Shown here in pieces: positions 1 to 8,237 of a stretch of 64,000 nt of DNA. This DNA is from Myxococcota bacterium. GTDB taxonomy: Bacteria > Myxococcota_A > UBA9160 > SZUA-336. The stretch covers positions 320,001 to 384,000 of the forward strand of contig CBDFGR010000002.1 of assembly GCA_965247115.1 (NCBI GenBank). The letters run 5' to 3'. The notes beneath the pieces are model-generated. The model was given only the letters and a program-made list of their open reading frames with translations, ran no database searches and was not told where the DNA came from. The translations under genes were made by a program, and so were the position numbers. Each line of letters starts with the position of its first letter. Position 1 is the stretch's first letter.

Positions 1-602
1 CCGCAGGACGCGTAGTGGAGGCGGTGCCTGTCTATGAGGACCTCGTGACGCGGGTGCCCGACATGAGCTTCCCCGTGTCGAGCCTGCTCCGGGCCTATGC
101 TTTCCAGCAAGATTGGGCGGCGGTCGACCGATTGCTGGAGCTTGCAGCGAAGCGCCAGTTGCGTGAGTTCCAGGACGGCCTACCGTTCATCCGCGCCAAG
201 CGGGACCCCACGCCGCAGAACATCAGCGCTTGGCAGAGCGCTCTTGAAGCGCATGTCAACAAGACGGGATGCGTCGACGTCTCGCGTCTGGTGTATTCAG
301 CGCATCTGGGCCTTGTCGACGAAGCGTACCGGGCCGCCGAGACCGCCTGCCTGGGACCGATTGGAACCAGCGACGACATGATGGGCCCAGACGGCTACCG
401 CACGTCGCTGTTGTTCCAGGCTGGAATGCCCGAATTGCGCAACGACGCGCGCTTCGCACGCCTGTGCGGGCGGCTGGGACTCGTCGAGTTCTGGATGGCG
501 ACGGACAAATGGCCCGATTGCGCCGATGAAGTCCCTTACGATTTCAGAGCCGAGTGCGCAAAAGCGCGGCACACCCCGAAGCAGGATTTCGGGTTCTACT
601 GA
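1..602 (+). CDS. C-terminal part of a TPR-like helical protein (resembles C-termini of TIR/TolB-like-TPR proteins); 5' end lies outside the window
   Basis: Frame is open from the window edge to TGA at 602; C-terminus LRNDARFARLCGRLGLVEFW..KWPDCADEVPYDF recalled from TolB-like/TPR proteins. Confidence 0.5.
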   Translation, partial: AGRVVEAVPVYEDLVTRVPDMSFPVSSLLRAYAFQQDWAAVDRLLELAAKRQLREFQDGLPFIRAKRDPTPQNISAWQSALEAHVNKTGCVDVSRLVYSAHLGLVDEAYRAAETACLGPIGTSDDMMGPDGYRTSLLFQAGMPELRNDARFARLCGRLGLVEFWMATDKWPDCADEVPYDFRAECAKARHTPKQDFGFY

Positions 603-715
603 AACCAGGCAAGGCCGCGCTTCAGGCGATGTTTGGACATGAAGTCTGGAAGAGCCTGGTGAAGGCGGGTTTGCCGTCCAGCGGGCTCTCACCCGCACCG
701 TGGTAGGCTCGCAGC

Positions 716-1420
716 GTGCGCGCGATTGCCGAAGACCTCTGGGTCGCGGAGCAACCCCTGCGCTTCGGGCTGCTCCAGCTCGGTTCGCGGATGACGGTGA
801 TCCGGCTGCGTGATTCGTCTCTTTTGCTCCACTCTCCGATCTCTCTAACGGAGTCGCTGCGCGTAGAGATCGAGCAGCTGGGCTCCGTTCGCTTCGTGGT
901 CGCACCGAATCGATTCCACCACCTGTTTGCCTCCGCATGGATGGTCAGGTATCCGCAGGCCAGGCTCTATGTCGCGCCGGGTCTCCCGGACAAGCGACCA
1001 GATCTGACTGTCACAGGGGTGCTTCCTCAGGACGCGCCCTATTCGTGGCTCGCGGATCTGGAGTGCATCCTGTTCGAGGGGCTCCCACTCGCGAACGAGG
1101 TCGTCTTCTTCCACAGGAAGACCCGCACGCTGATGTTGTGCGACCTGGCGTTCAACATCGGTCCCGAAGCAGCGTGGCTGACCCGTCTCACATTTCGGTC
1201 CTGGGGTGGTCGCGACAACTTTGGCCCCACGCGGTTTGAACGGCTCATGATCCGCGACCGGCGTGCGGCGAGGCAATCGCTCGAACGCATCCTCAGTCTC
1301 GACTTCGACCGGGTGATCGTCACACACGGAGTCGTTCTGGAGAGCGGCGGACTCGAAGCGATGAGACGTAGCTTCGAGTGGTTGCTGCCCGCCGCGGGTC
1401 CCCGTAGGGGCTTGACGTAA
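716..1420 (+). CDS. DUF4336 family protein (metallo-beta-lactamase-like fold)
   Basis: RMTVIRL, VVAPNRFHHLF, EVVFFHRKTRTLMLCDL and VIVTHG motifs. Confidence 0.8.
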   Translation: MRAIAEDLWVAEQPLRFGLLQLGSRMTVIRLRDSSLLLHSPISLTESLRVEIEQLGSVRFVVAPNRFHHLFASAWMVRYPQARLYVAPGLPDKRPDLTVTGVLPQDAPYSWLADLECILFEGLPLANEVVFFHRKTRTLMLCDLAFNIGPEAAWLTRLTFRSWGGRDNFGPTRFERLMIRDRRAARQSLERILSLDFDRVIVTHGVVLESGGLEAMRRSFEWLLPAAGPRRGLT

Positions 1421-1453
1421 CGCCCAACCGCCGAACTCAGGTCAGAACGCTCT

Positions 1454-2245
1454 TCAGTCAAAGACAGCGGAAACAGCACCCAGCCGATCGAATGTCGCCC
1501 TGAAGGACGTGCCTGGCGTGACCTCCTCAGCTCGGCTGAGGCCGCCGGACATTACGAATTCTCCCTTTCTGAGCACAGTCCCGTATTCCGACATTTTATT
1601 TGCAAGCCAAGCCACTGGCTCTGCCGGGTTCCCGAGCGCAGCGGCCCCCGTGGCTGTGGAAACGATGTTTCCATCTTTTTCGAAAACCATACCGGTTAGA
1701 CGAAGATCGATTTCAGGCGTCAGTGGCGTTAGTCTGCCGCCGAGAATGACAATTCCACTGGTGGCATTGTCCGCGATCGCGTCGAGAATGGTCGGTTCTA
1801 AAGTTTTAATTCGAGTATCCTTCACTTCCAACAGTGGCAAGACGCCCTCGGTTGCAGCCAGGACATCGATCGCCGTAACGCCCGGCCCTTTGAGATCGTC
1901 CTTTAGCAAGAAGCCAATTTCAGCTTCTATCCGAGGTACGATCATCTTTTTTGTGGAAATCGTCTCGCCTTCTCCAAATACCTTATGGTGAACGATCACT
2001 CCAAAATCCGGTTCATCGAGACCGATCAGTTCCTGCATGGCTTTGCTGGTTAAACCGATTTTTCGGCCAACGATAACTGCGCCCTCTTTTTCCTTTAGCC
2101 TTATTGTCTCGAACTGGATTCTATACGCATCATCGTAGGTCATATCCGGATGCAGATGGTTAATCGGATCCATCGGCTTGCATGTTTTCTCTGCCTCAAT
2201 CAACTGTAAGGCAATTTTCTCGATGGTTTCGTCGCTAAGAGACAT
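1454..2245 (-). CDS. 2-keto-4-pentenoate hydratase / 4-oxalocrotonate decarboxylase (FAA hydrolase family)
   Basis: GRKIGLTSKAMQ, EPDFG, PRIEAEI, IADNA and GNPAEPVAWLAN; ATG at 2245 preceded by GGAGGG. Confidence 0.85.
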   Translation of the reverse strand: MSLSDETIEKIALQLIEAEKTCKPMDPINHLHPDMTYDDAYRIQFETIRLKEKEGAVIVGRKIGLTSKAMQELIGLDEPDFGVIVHHKVFGEGETISTKKMIVPRIEAEIGFLLKDDLKGPGVTAIDVLAATEGVLPLLEVKDTRIKTLEPTILDAIADNATSGIVILGGRLTPLTPEIDLRLTGMVFEKDGNIVSTATGAAALGNPAEPVAWLANKMSEYGTVLRKGEFVMSGGLSRAEEVTPGTSFRATFDRLGAVSAVFD

Positions 2246-2433
2246 GCACCCTCCATCCGCGCCCCTGGGGGGGACCGACGAGCTGCCCGGCCCCAGCCTA
2301 TCCCGGCCGCTAGAACGTGTCGAGCGGCCCTTCGCCCTCACGACGGGCCGGTCGAATTCATGGGGGCAAGCGCGTATCGTATCGCAATGAACAAGCGCCC
2401 CTGGCAGCCTGTATCCCTATAGGAGAAACCGCC

Positions 2434-3372
2434 ATGCCGATCGAAAAATCAGTCGAGATGCCAGGCTACGACCCGCGTGACTTCGTCGGGTACGGCCGGA
2501 ACCCGCCCCACCCGCGCTGGCCCGGAAACGCCCGTATCGCAGTGAATATCGCGCTCAACTATGAGGCTGGGGGCGAGGAGAGCGTCCTGGAAGGCGACGA
2601 GCAGTCCGAGACTGTCCTCACCGACTTGCCCGGGGGCAGATACCCCGGAAAACGCCTCCCCTACGTCGAGTCGGTCTTCGAGTATGGCGCTCGCTGCGGC
2701 GCTTGGCGGCTGCTACGCATAATGCGCGAACGGGGGATCAAGTGCAGCTTCTTCGCGGTCGTGCAGGCCATCGAGCGCAATCCCGAGATCGCCATTGCTG
2801 CGGTCGAGGACGGGCACGAGATCGTGAGCCACGACTACCGCTGGATCGACTTGCAGAATGTGCCGGAGGCGCAGGAGCGTGACTACATCCGTCGCGGTGT
2901 AGAGGGAATCGAGCGGATCACCGGGGCGCGTCCCGTGGGCTGGATGAGCGGTCGCCCCAGCATGAACACGCGACGCCTCCTCGTCGAGGAGGGCGGCTTC
3001 CTGTATGACCGCAACAGTCTCGCAGACGAGCTCCCGTTCTGGGTGCGAGTTCACGGCAAGTCGCACCTCTGTGTCCCGTACTCGTTCGAGACCAACGATC
3101 TGCGCTGCAGTGTTCCCGCCGACTTCGTGACCAGCGACGACTACTTCACGTATATGAAGGATGCCTTCGACTGCCTGTACGCCGAGGGCGAGGTGGCGCC
3201 GAAGCTCCTGACCGTGGCCACTCACGATCGTTTGCTCGGGCGGCCTGCGCGGGCCGTCGGCTTCGCACGCTTTCTCGACTATGTCCTCGAGCACGAAGGG
3301 GTATGGTTCGCGCGGGGAGACGAGATCGCGCGGCACTGGATTGAGCGCTTTCCCGCGGACGGAGGCCAGTGA
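2434..3372 (+). CDS. PuuE-like allantoinase / polysaccharide deacetylase family protein
   Basis: PRDFVGYG, WPGNARIAVNIALNYEAG, FEYGARCG, GHEIVSH, HDRLLGRP; SD AGGAG. Confidence 0.85.
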   Translation: MPIEKSVEMPGYDPRDFVGYGRNPPHPRWPGNARIAVNIALNYEAGGEESVLEGDEQSETVLTDLPGGRYPGKRLPYVESVFEYGARCGAWRLLRIMRERGIKCSFFAVVQAIERNPEIAIAAVEDGHEIVSHDYRWIDLQNVPEAQERDYIRRGVEGIERITGARPVGWMSGRPSMNTRRLLVEEGGFLYDRNSLADELPFWVRVHGKSHLCVPYSFETNDLRCSVPADFVTSDDYFTYMKDAFDCLYAEGEVAPKLLTVATHDRLLGRPARAVGFARFLDYVLEHEGVWFARGDEIARHWIERFPADGGQ

Positions 3373-3387
3373 GGCGATGAACTTGCC

Positions 3388-4641
3388 ATGACCGAAGATG
3401 CCGAGCGTCTGACAAGTCAGGGGGCTCCCGGACCCGGACCCGAAGAAACAGCGGAAGGCTCGCTGGCGAGTTGGCTTGCTGTCGCTGGCAGCTTCATGGG
3501 TCTGCTCCTGGGCGCAGGGTTTAGCATCGCAACATTCGGCGTGTTTCTGGTCGCCATTGAAGCGGCAGAGGGATGGAGCCGGACCGAGATCAGCTGGGCA
3601 GGGTCTGTGACTCTAGCGGCCTACGGGCTCACCTCTCCATTCGTGGGCAGCTGGGCCGCGAGGGTCGGCGTCCGCCGCCTCTTCATTGTCGGTTCGGTCG
3701 GAATCGGTATCACGCTGGTATTGGTCAGCTTGGTTCAAGAACTCTGGCAGTACTGGGCAGTGTATGCGTTGCTGGGATTCGTCGCTGCGTTCCTCGGAAT
3801 GGTCCCGATCACTCAGCTGGTATCAGGCTGGTTCACGGTCAAGCGCGGCGTCGCCTTGGGTGTCGCGTTTTCGGGCGTCGGCTTTGCCGGATTCTTGTTG
3901 GCTCCACTCGTAGGCACCATGCTCCACAACATGAGCTGGCGAGACACGTATTGGATGCTCGGACTCGGCATCGGCCTGGCGCTGCTGGTGTTTTCTGTGG
4001 CCACTGTGCGAGACGGGCCCGGGGCCCAAATAGGTGCCGCACAATCCGGAAGCAGCATGCGAGATGCACTCGGCGTAGCGATCGGCAGCCGCGGATTCTG
4101 GCTGGTCGCCCTCTCGGGAGTGCTGTTTTTCGGCCTGTTCCTCAGTGTTGTGGCCTATTCAAAAGCTCTGGCGATCGATCGGGGGATGTCCGACGCAGCG
4201 GGAACCGGCGTTGCTGCACTCGTAGTCGGCATGGGCGCCGTCGGTAAGATTCTGATGGGAGCCCTGGCGGATCGCCACGAAGCCAAGTGGGTCCTGGCCG
4301 GCACCTTCCTCTTGCAAGGCCTGGCGCTGCTCCTCGCGGTCGTCGCGGGTGGGGGCCCCTTGATCTGGGTGTTCGCGATCGCCTTCGGCATTGGGCAGGG
4401 GGGCGCTTTCACGCTTCCCCCGCTCGTTCTGGGAAAGCTCTTCGGAACGAAGTTGCTGGGCGAGCTAGTGGGCCTGTATCTGGTGGCCACGGTTCTTGGT
4501 TCCGTCCTAGGAGCTCCACTCACGGGTGTAATTCGAGATGCCACTGGCGACTACACGGTGCCGCTGATAGGCCTGGCGGTCGCTGCATTCCTCGGCTCAC
4601 TCTGCGCGAGTCTGATTCGGTATGAGGAAAGCCAAGTGTAA
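3388..4641 (+). CDS. MFS transporter (OFA/monocarboxylate-like)
   Basis: About 12 hydrophobic segments; WFTVKRGVALG and GALADRH motifs. Confidence 0.85.
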   Translation: MTEDAERLTSQGAPGPGPEETAEGSLASWLAVAGSFMGLLLGAGFSIATFGVFLVAIEAAEGWSRTEISWAGSVTLAAYGLTSPFVGSWAARVGVRRLFIVGSVGIGITLVLVSLVQELWQYWAVYALLGFVAAFLGMVPITQLVSGWFTVKRGVALGVAFSGVGFAGFLLAPLVGTMLHNMSWRDTYWMLGLGIGLALLVFSVATVRDGPGAQIGAAQSGSSMRDALGVAIGSRGFWLVALSGVLFFGLFLSVVAYSKALAIDRGMSDAAGTGVAALVVGMGAVGKILMGALADRHEAKWVLAGTFLLQGLALLLAVVAGGGPLIWVFAIAFGIGQGGAFTLPPLVLGKLFGTKLLGELVGLYLVATVLGSVLGAPLTGVIRDATGDYTVPLIGLAVAAFLGSLCASLIRYEESQV

Positions 4642-4672
4642 AGGTCACGAAGGCGGAACGAGAGGGAACACC

Positions 4673-5638
4673 ATGCCACGACGGTACGACGAGAAGAAAC
4701 TCACCATGAGCGATCTCAACGCGATGGCCCAGAAGTGCAGCAACTGGGGTCGCTGGGGTCCGGACGATCAGATCGGTACGCTGAATTTCATCGGTCCCGA
4801 GCAACTCAAGCACGCAGCAACGCTGGTGACCAAGGGGAAGTCCATTTCGCTGGGGCTCGAGTTCAATCAGGACGGACCGCAGACCGGCAATTTCCGTCGC
4901 TTCAACCCCATCCACGTGATGCTAGCCACGGGCACGGACGCAAGCGCGGGTAAGCACACCGAACCCAACATCCAGTACGCCGACGACATGGTCACCATGC
5001 CGCTGCAGTGCGGCACACAGTGGGACGCGCTCAGCCACATCTTCAACAATGGCAAGATGTGGAACGGCTACGACTCAACACTCGTCGATGCCGCCGGGGC
5101 CAAGAAGAACGGCATCGAGAACGTCAAGGCCAAAACAGTGGGTCGCGGCGTGCTCCTCGATGTCGCGCACCAAAACGGCGTGGCCAGCCTAGACGACGGG
5201 ATGGCCATTACCAACGACGATCTCGATGCGACCGCCGCCGCACAAGGAGTGGAGATCCGACCCGGAGACATCATCATCGTCCGCACCGGGCACATGGAGC
5301 GCTGTCTCGCAAAGGGCGACTGGGAGGGCTATCCGGGCGGCGACTCGCCCGGCCTCGCCTTCGAGACAGCCGAGTGGCTTCACTCCAACGACATCGCAGC
5401 GATCTGCACCGACACCTGGGGCGCCGAGGTCCGCCCGAACGAAGTCGCCGAAGCATTCCAGCCCTGGCACTGGGTGGTTATTCCGATGATGGGCGTAACG
5501 GTCGGAGAGATCCTGTATCTGAAGGACATCGCCGAGGATTGCGCCGCCGATGGTGTGTACGAATTCCTATTCTGCGCCCCGCCGATCCCGATTACGGGCG
5601 CGGTGGGCTCGCCGATCAATCCGATCGTGTTGAAGTAA
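4673..5638 (+). CDS. Cyclase family metal-dependent hydrolase (kynurenine formamidase-like)
   Basis: NWGRWGPDDQIGTLN, GTQWDALSH, GRGVLLD, GDIIIVRTG, GAVGSPINP. Confidence 0.85.
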   Translation: MPRRYDEKKLTMSDLNAMAQKCSNWGRWGPDDQIGTLNFIGPEQLKHAATLVTKGKSISLGLEFNQDGPQTGNFRRFNPIHVMLATGTDASAGKHTEPNIQYADDMVTMPLQCGTQWDALSHIFNNGKMWNGYDSTLVDAAGAKKNGIENVKAKTVGRGVLLDVAHQNGVASLDDGMAITNDDLDATAAAQGVEIRPGDIIIVRTGHMERCLAKGDWEGYPGGDSPGLAFETAEWLHSNDIAAICTDTWGAEVRPNEVAEAFQPWHWVVIPMMGVTVGEILYLKDIAEDCAADGVYEFLFCAPPIPITGAVGSPINPIVLK

Positions 5639-5694
5639 CTGGGCGTAGGGAGAGCAGGCTGCGAGGTTGAGCTCAAGGAGGCACCCTACATCTC

Positions 5695-5720
5695 CCTGAC
5701 CCCGTAGACTCGGGGTCAGG
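5695..5720. terminator. Perfect 10-bp hairpin between convergent genes (bidirectional terminator or REP-like)
   Basis: CCTGACCCCG-TAGACT-CGGGGTCAGG, overlapping the methyltransferase stop. Confidence 0.5.
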
Positions 5721-6339
5721 ACTTCCGGGCGACAATGAAGCGGCTGGGAGGGAAAGGTGGATAGAAGCCGGTTTCGATGATCTCGAAGTCCCTGCTGGTG
5801 ATGATGTCCTCGAGCTCGACGACCTTCAGACACTTGACGTCGGGAACGAGACCCAGAGGTTTCATGACGGCCAGGAGGAGACTCCAGAGACGGCTTTGTT
5901 CGGCAAGGCAGATCGTCTTCGAGATGAACAATCCGCCGGGCTTCAGCAATTCATTGACCCTGTGGACGGCGCCGGGGATGTCCTCGAGCAGGTGCAGGAA
6001 GTTGAAACCCATGACAACGTCAAAGGATCCCTTCTCCAAGTCTTCATCGTACAGAGTGGCTCGATCGAAGCGCACATTCTCCACCTTTTGAGTCACGGCC
6101 TTTTCCCCGGCAATTTCGATCATGCGTGAGGAGATGTCGCTGGCAGTGAATTGCTTCACGCTGGGAGCCAAAAGGAGCGCGGTGGTTCCCGTCCCGCACC
6201 CCACCTCGAGGACGTTGTCGTTTGCAGACAGGTGTTTCCTGGTGCAGTCCAGGGTCTTGTTGTAGCTCTCCATGTCCTTGACGGGCTTCTTCGAGTACTT
6301 GTCAGCAAGCTTGTCCCAGAACCTTGCAGAGTCACGCAT
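5716..6339 (-). CDS. Class I SAM-dependent methyltransferase
   Basis: VLEVGCGTG, DISSRMI, FDVVMGFNFLHLL, LLKPGG. Confidence 0.9.
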   Translation of the reverse strand: MRDSARFWDKLADKYSKKPVKDMESYNKTLDCTRKHLSANDNVLEVGCGTGTTALLLAPSVKQFTASDISSRMIEIAGEKAVTQKVENVRFDRATLYDEDLEKGSFDVVMGFNFLHLLEDIPGAVHRVNELLKPGGLFISKTICLAEQSRLWSLLLAVMKPLGLVPDVKCLKVVELEDIITSRDFEIIETGFYPPFPPSRFIVARKS

Positions 6340-6432
6340 TGCTTCCTCTACTTTGAAGGGGGGAAATCCTCAGCGTCTTGCAAGCGTACCTCGTGGTAGC
6401 ATCGCAGTCGCATGGTCGAGAGAGGAGTGGCG

Positions 6433-6882
6433 ATGGACTCACTGCAAAGCGACGTGGAAGAAATCCGCAAACTCAAGGCACGCTACTTCCGTCTCATGGA
6501 CCAGAAGCAATGGGCCAAGTGGGAGCATTGTTTCACCGCAGATGTAACGGCGGTCTACGAAGGGCCGCCCCGTCTGAGCCAGACCGACGATCCCAACTCA
6601 ATCGCCCTCGCAGGGCGACGCGAGCTCGTGGCGGGGGTAAGCGGGTTGCTCACCGATGACGTGGTCTCGATCCACCAGGGCTTCATGCCGGAGATTCAGC
6701 TCACGAGCTCGACGAGCGCCACCGGGGTGTGGGCGATGTCCGACTACCTGCGCCTGCCCCGATGCACCTTCAAAGGATGGGGCCACTACAACGAAGACTA
6801 CGTGAAAGAAGCCGACCAGTGGCAAATCAAGAGAATCCACCTCACCCGTCTTCACACCGAGGAAGTCTGGCAGAGCTCCTAA
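6433..6882 (+). CDS. SnoaL-like / NTF2 family protein (BaiE-like dehydratase)
   Basis: EEIRKLKARYFRLMDQKQW, HQGFMPEI, ATGVWAMSD, GWGHYNEDY; alternative ATG at 6412. Confidence 0.8.
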   Translation: MDSLQSDVEEIRKLKARYFRLMDQKQWAKWEHCFTADVTAVYEGPPRLSQTDDPNSIALAGRRELVAGVSGLLTDDVVSIHQGFMPEIQLTSSTSATGVWAMSDYLRLPRCTFKGWGHYNEDYVKEADQWQIKRIHLTRLHTEEVWQSS

Positions 6883-6891
6883 CTAGGAGGC

Positions 6892-8139
6892 TCAGTATTT
6901 GATCAGCTCGTCTACGACCGGCTTTACCTCTTTCATGAACACTTCCATGTTGTGGATGATGCTCTCTTTGGGTTGCTGGGCGAAGTGGGTGACCCACATC
7001 ATGTACTCAGCGGGGAGCACCTTCCACTGCTCGATGAACTGTTCGCACATCTGATCCACTGTTCCAGAGATCCAGAGCCCGGTGTCTAGGATCGGATCGA
7101 TCAGTTCCTGCGGCGTGGCGTCGAGCGGAGCGAGCTTCTCGCCCTCTACATTCGAGCGGCCCAGGGCATCGAAGAAGGGGCCGTAGAAGTGCTTGAAGAT
7201 ATCCGCGTTGTGAGCCGCGACGTTGGCCCGCGCCTCTTCGGGCGTGTTGCCGTGCTCGAGCCAACGGACCACCATCTGGTTTTGCCCCAGCGCGAATTCG
7301 CGGCCCGCACTGCGTGCTACATCCACGTAGGTCTGCCCGTGAGCGCGAGCTCGATCAATCGGCGTGAAGTAGCCGGGGATGAAACCGTTGCGCGCCGCGA
7401 ACTCGACCGTCTCGATACTGGCGTTGCTGGCGACAAATACCGGAGGGTGAGGCTTCGTGTACGGAGCGGGAACGACGCTGATACGGTGCACATTGCCGTC
7501 GGGACCGATCTCGCCGGGCGCCCCCAGAAGCGCGGTCGAATCGACCATGGGCCAGCCGGGGATGCCCTGGTCGTGAGGGAACGGGATCTGCCAGCGATCG
7601 CTCTTGTGCTCGATGCTCTCCTGGGTCCAGGCGTCCAAGACCATCTGGACGCTCTCTTCGAAGATCTCGCGATTGATCCGGTCCGCTTCGTCCTTGCCGG
7701 AAAGCGTGGCGCGGTTGCCGATGTGCTGACCCAGTACTTCGGTCCAGCGGCTCTGGTAGCCGCGGGCAAAGCCGACGAAGTGGCGACCTCCGCTCATGTG
7801 ATCCAGCAGCGCGGTTTCTTCCGCGACGCGCAGCGGGCTCTGGGCGCTCATCACGTAGCCCAGCGCGCCCACGTTGATGTTCTTGGTCAGCGCCGCCCAA
7901 CGGGCATTCATCACGCCCGGGTTGGGTCCCACCTCGTAACCCTCGGAGTGGAAGTGGTGCTCGATGCTCGATACGCCCCAGAGACCGAGCTTGTCGGCAG
8001 CGATCACCACATCGTCTAGGTCGCGCATCGCCTTCTGAAAGCGTTCGGAGTTGCGCCCAATCGGTCGCAGGGCAATACGCTCCTCTTCGTTCTCCGCGGG
8101 CATCATCGGGTAGATCTGCAGGATTACTTTGAGACCCAT
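6892..8139 (-). CDS. Luciferase-like (LLM class) flavin-dependent oxidoreductase
   Basis: IEHHFHSEG, PLRVAEETALLDHMSGGR, PYTKPHPPVF; SD AGGAGG before ATG 8139. Confidence 0.85.
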   Translation of the reverse strand: MGLKVILQIYPMMPAENEEERIALRPIGRNSERFQKAMRDLDDVVIAADKLGLWGVSSIEHHFHSEGYEVGPNPGVMNARWAALTKNINVGALGYVMSAQSPLRVAEETALLDHMSGGRHFVGFARGYQSRWTEVLGQHIGNRATLSGKDEADRINREIFEESVQMVLDAWTQESIEHKSDRWQIPFPHDQGIPGWPMVDSTALLGAPGEIGPDGNVHRISVVPAPYTKPHPPVFVASNASIETVEFAARNGFIPGYFTPIDRARAHGQTYVDVARSAGREFALGQNQMVVRWLEHGNTPEEARANVAAHNADIFKHFYGPFFDALGRSNVEGEKLAPLDATPQELIDPILDTGLWISGTVDQMCEQFIEQWKVLPAEYMMWVTHFAQQPKESIIHNMEVFMKEVKPVVDELIKY

Positions 8140-8237
8140 CGCACGAACCTCCTTTGCGGCGTCCAATCTTCCTCCCTCTGGCCATGGAGGTCAAATCGGT
8201 GTCAGGTCAGAACGCAGCTTGTCTTTCCTATACCCTC

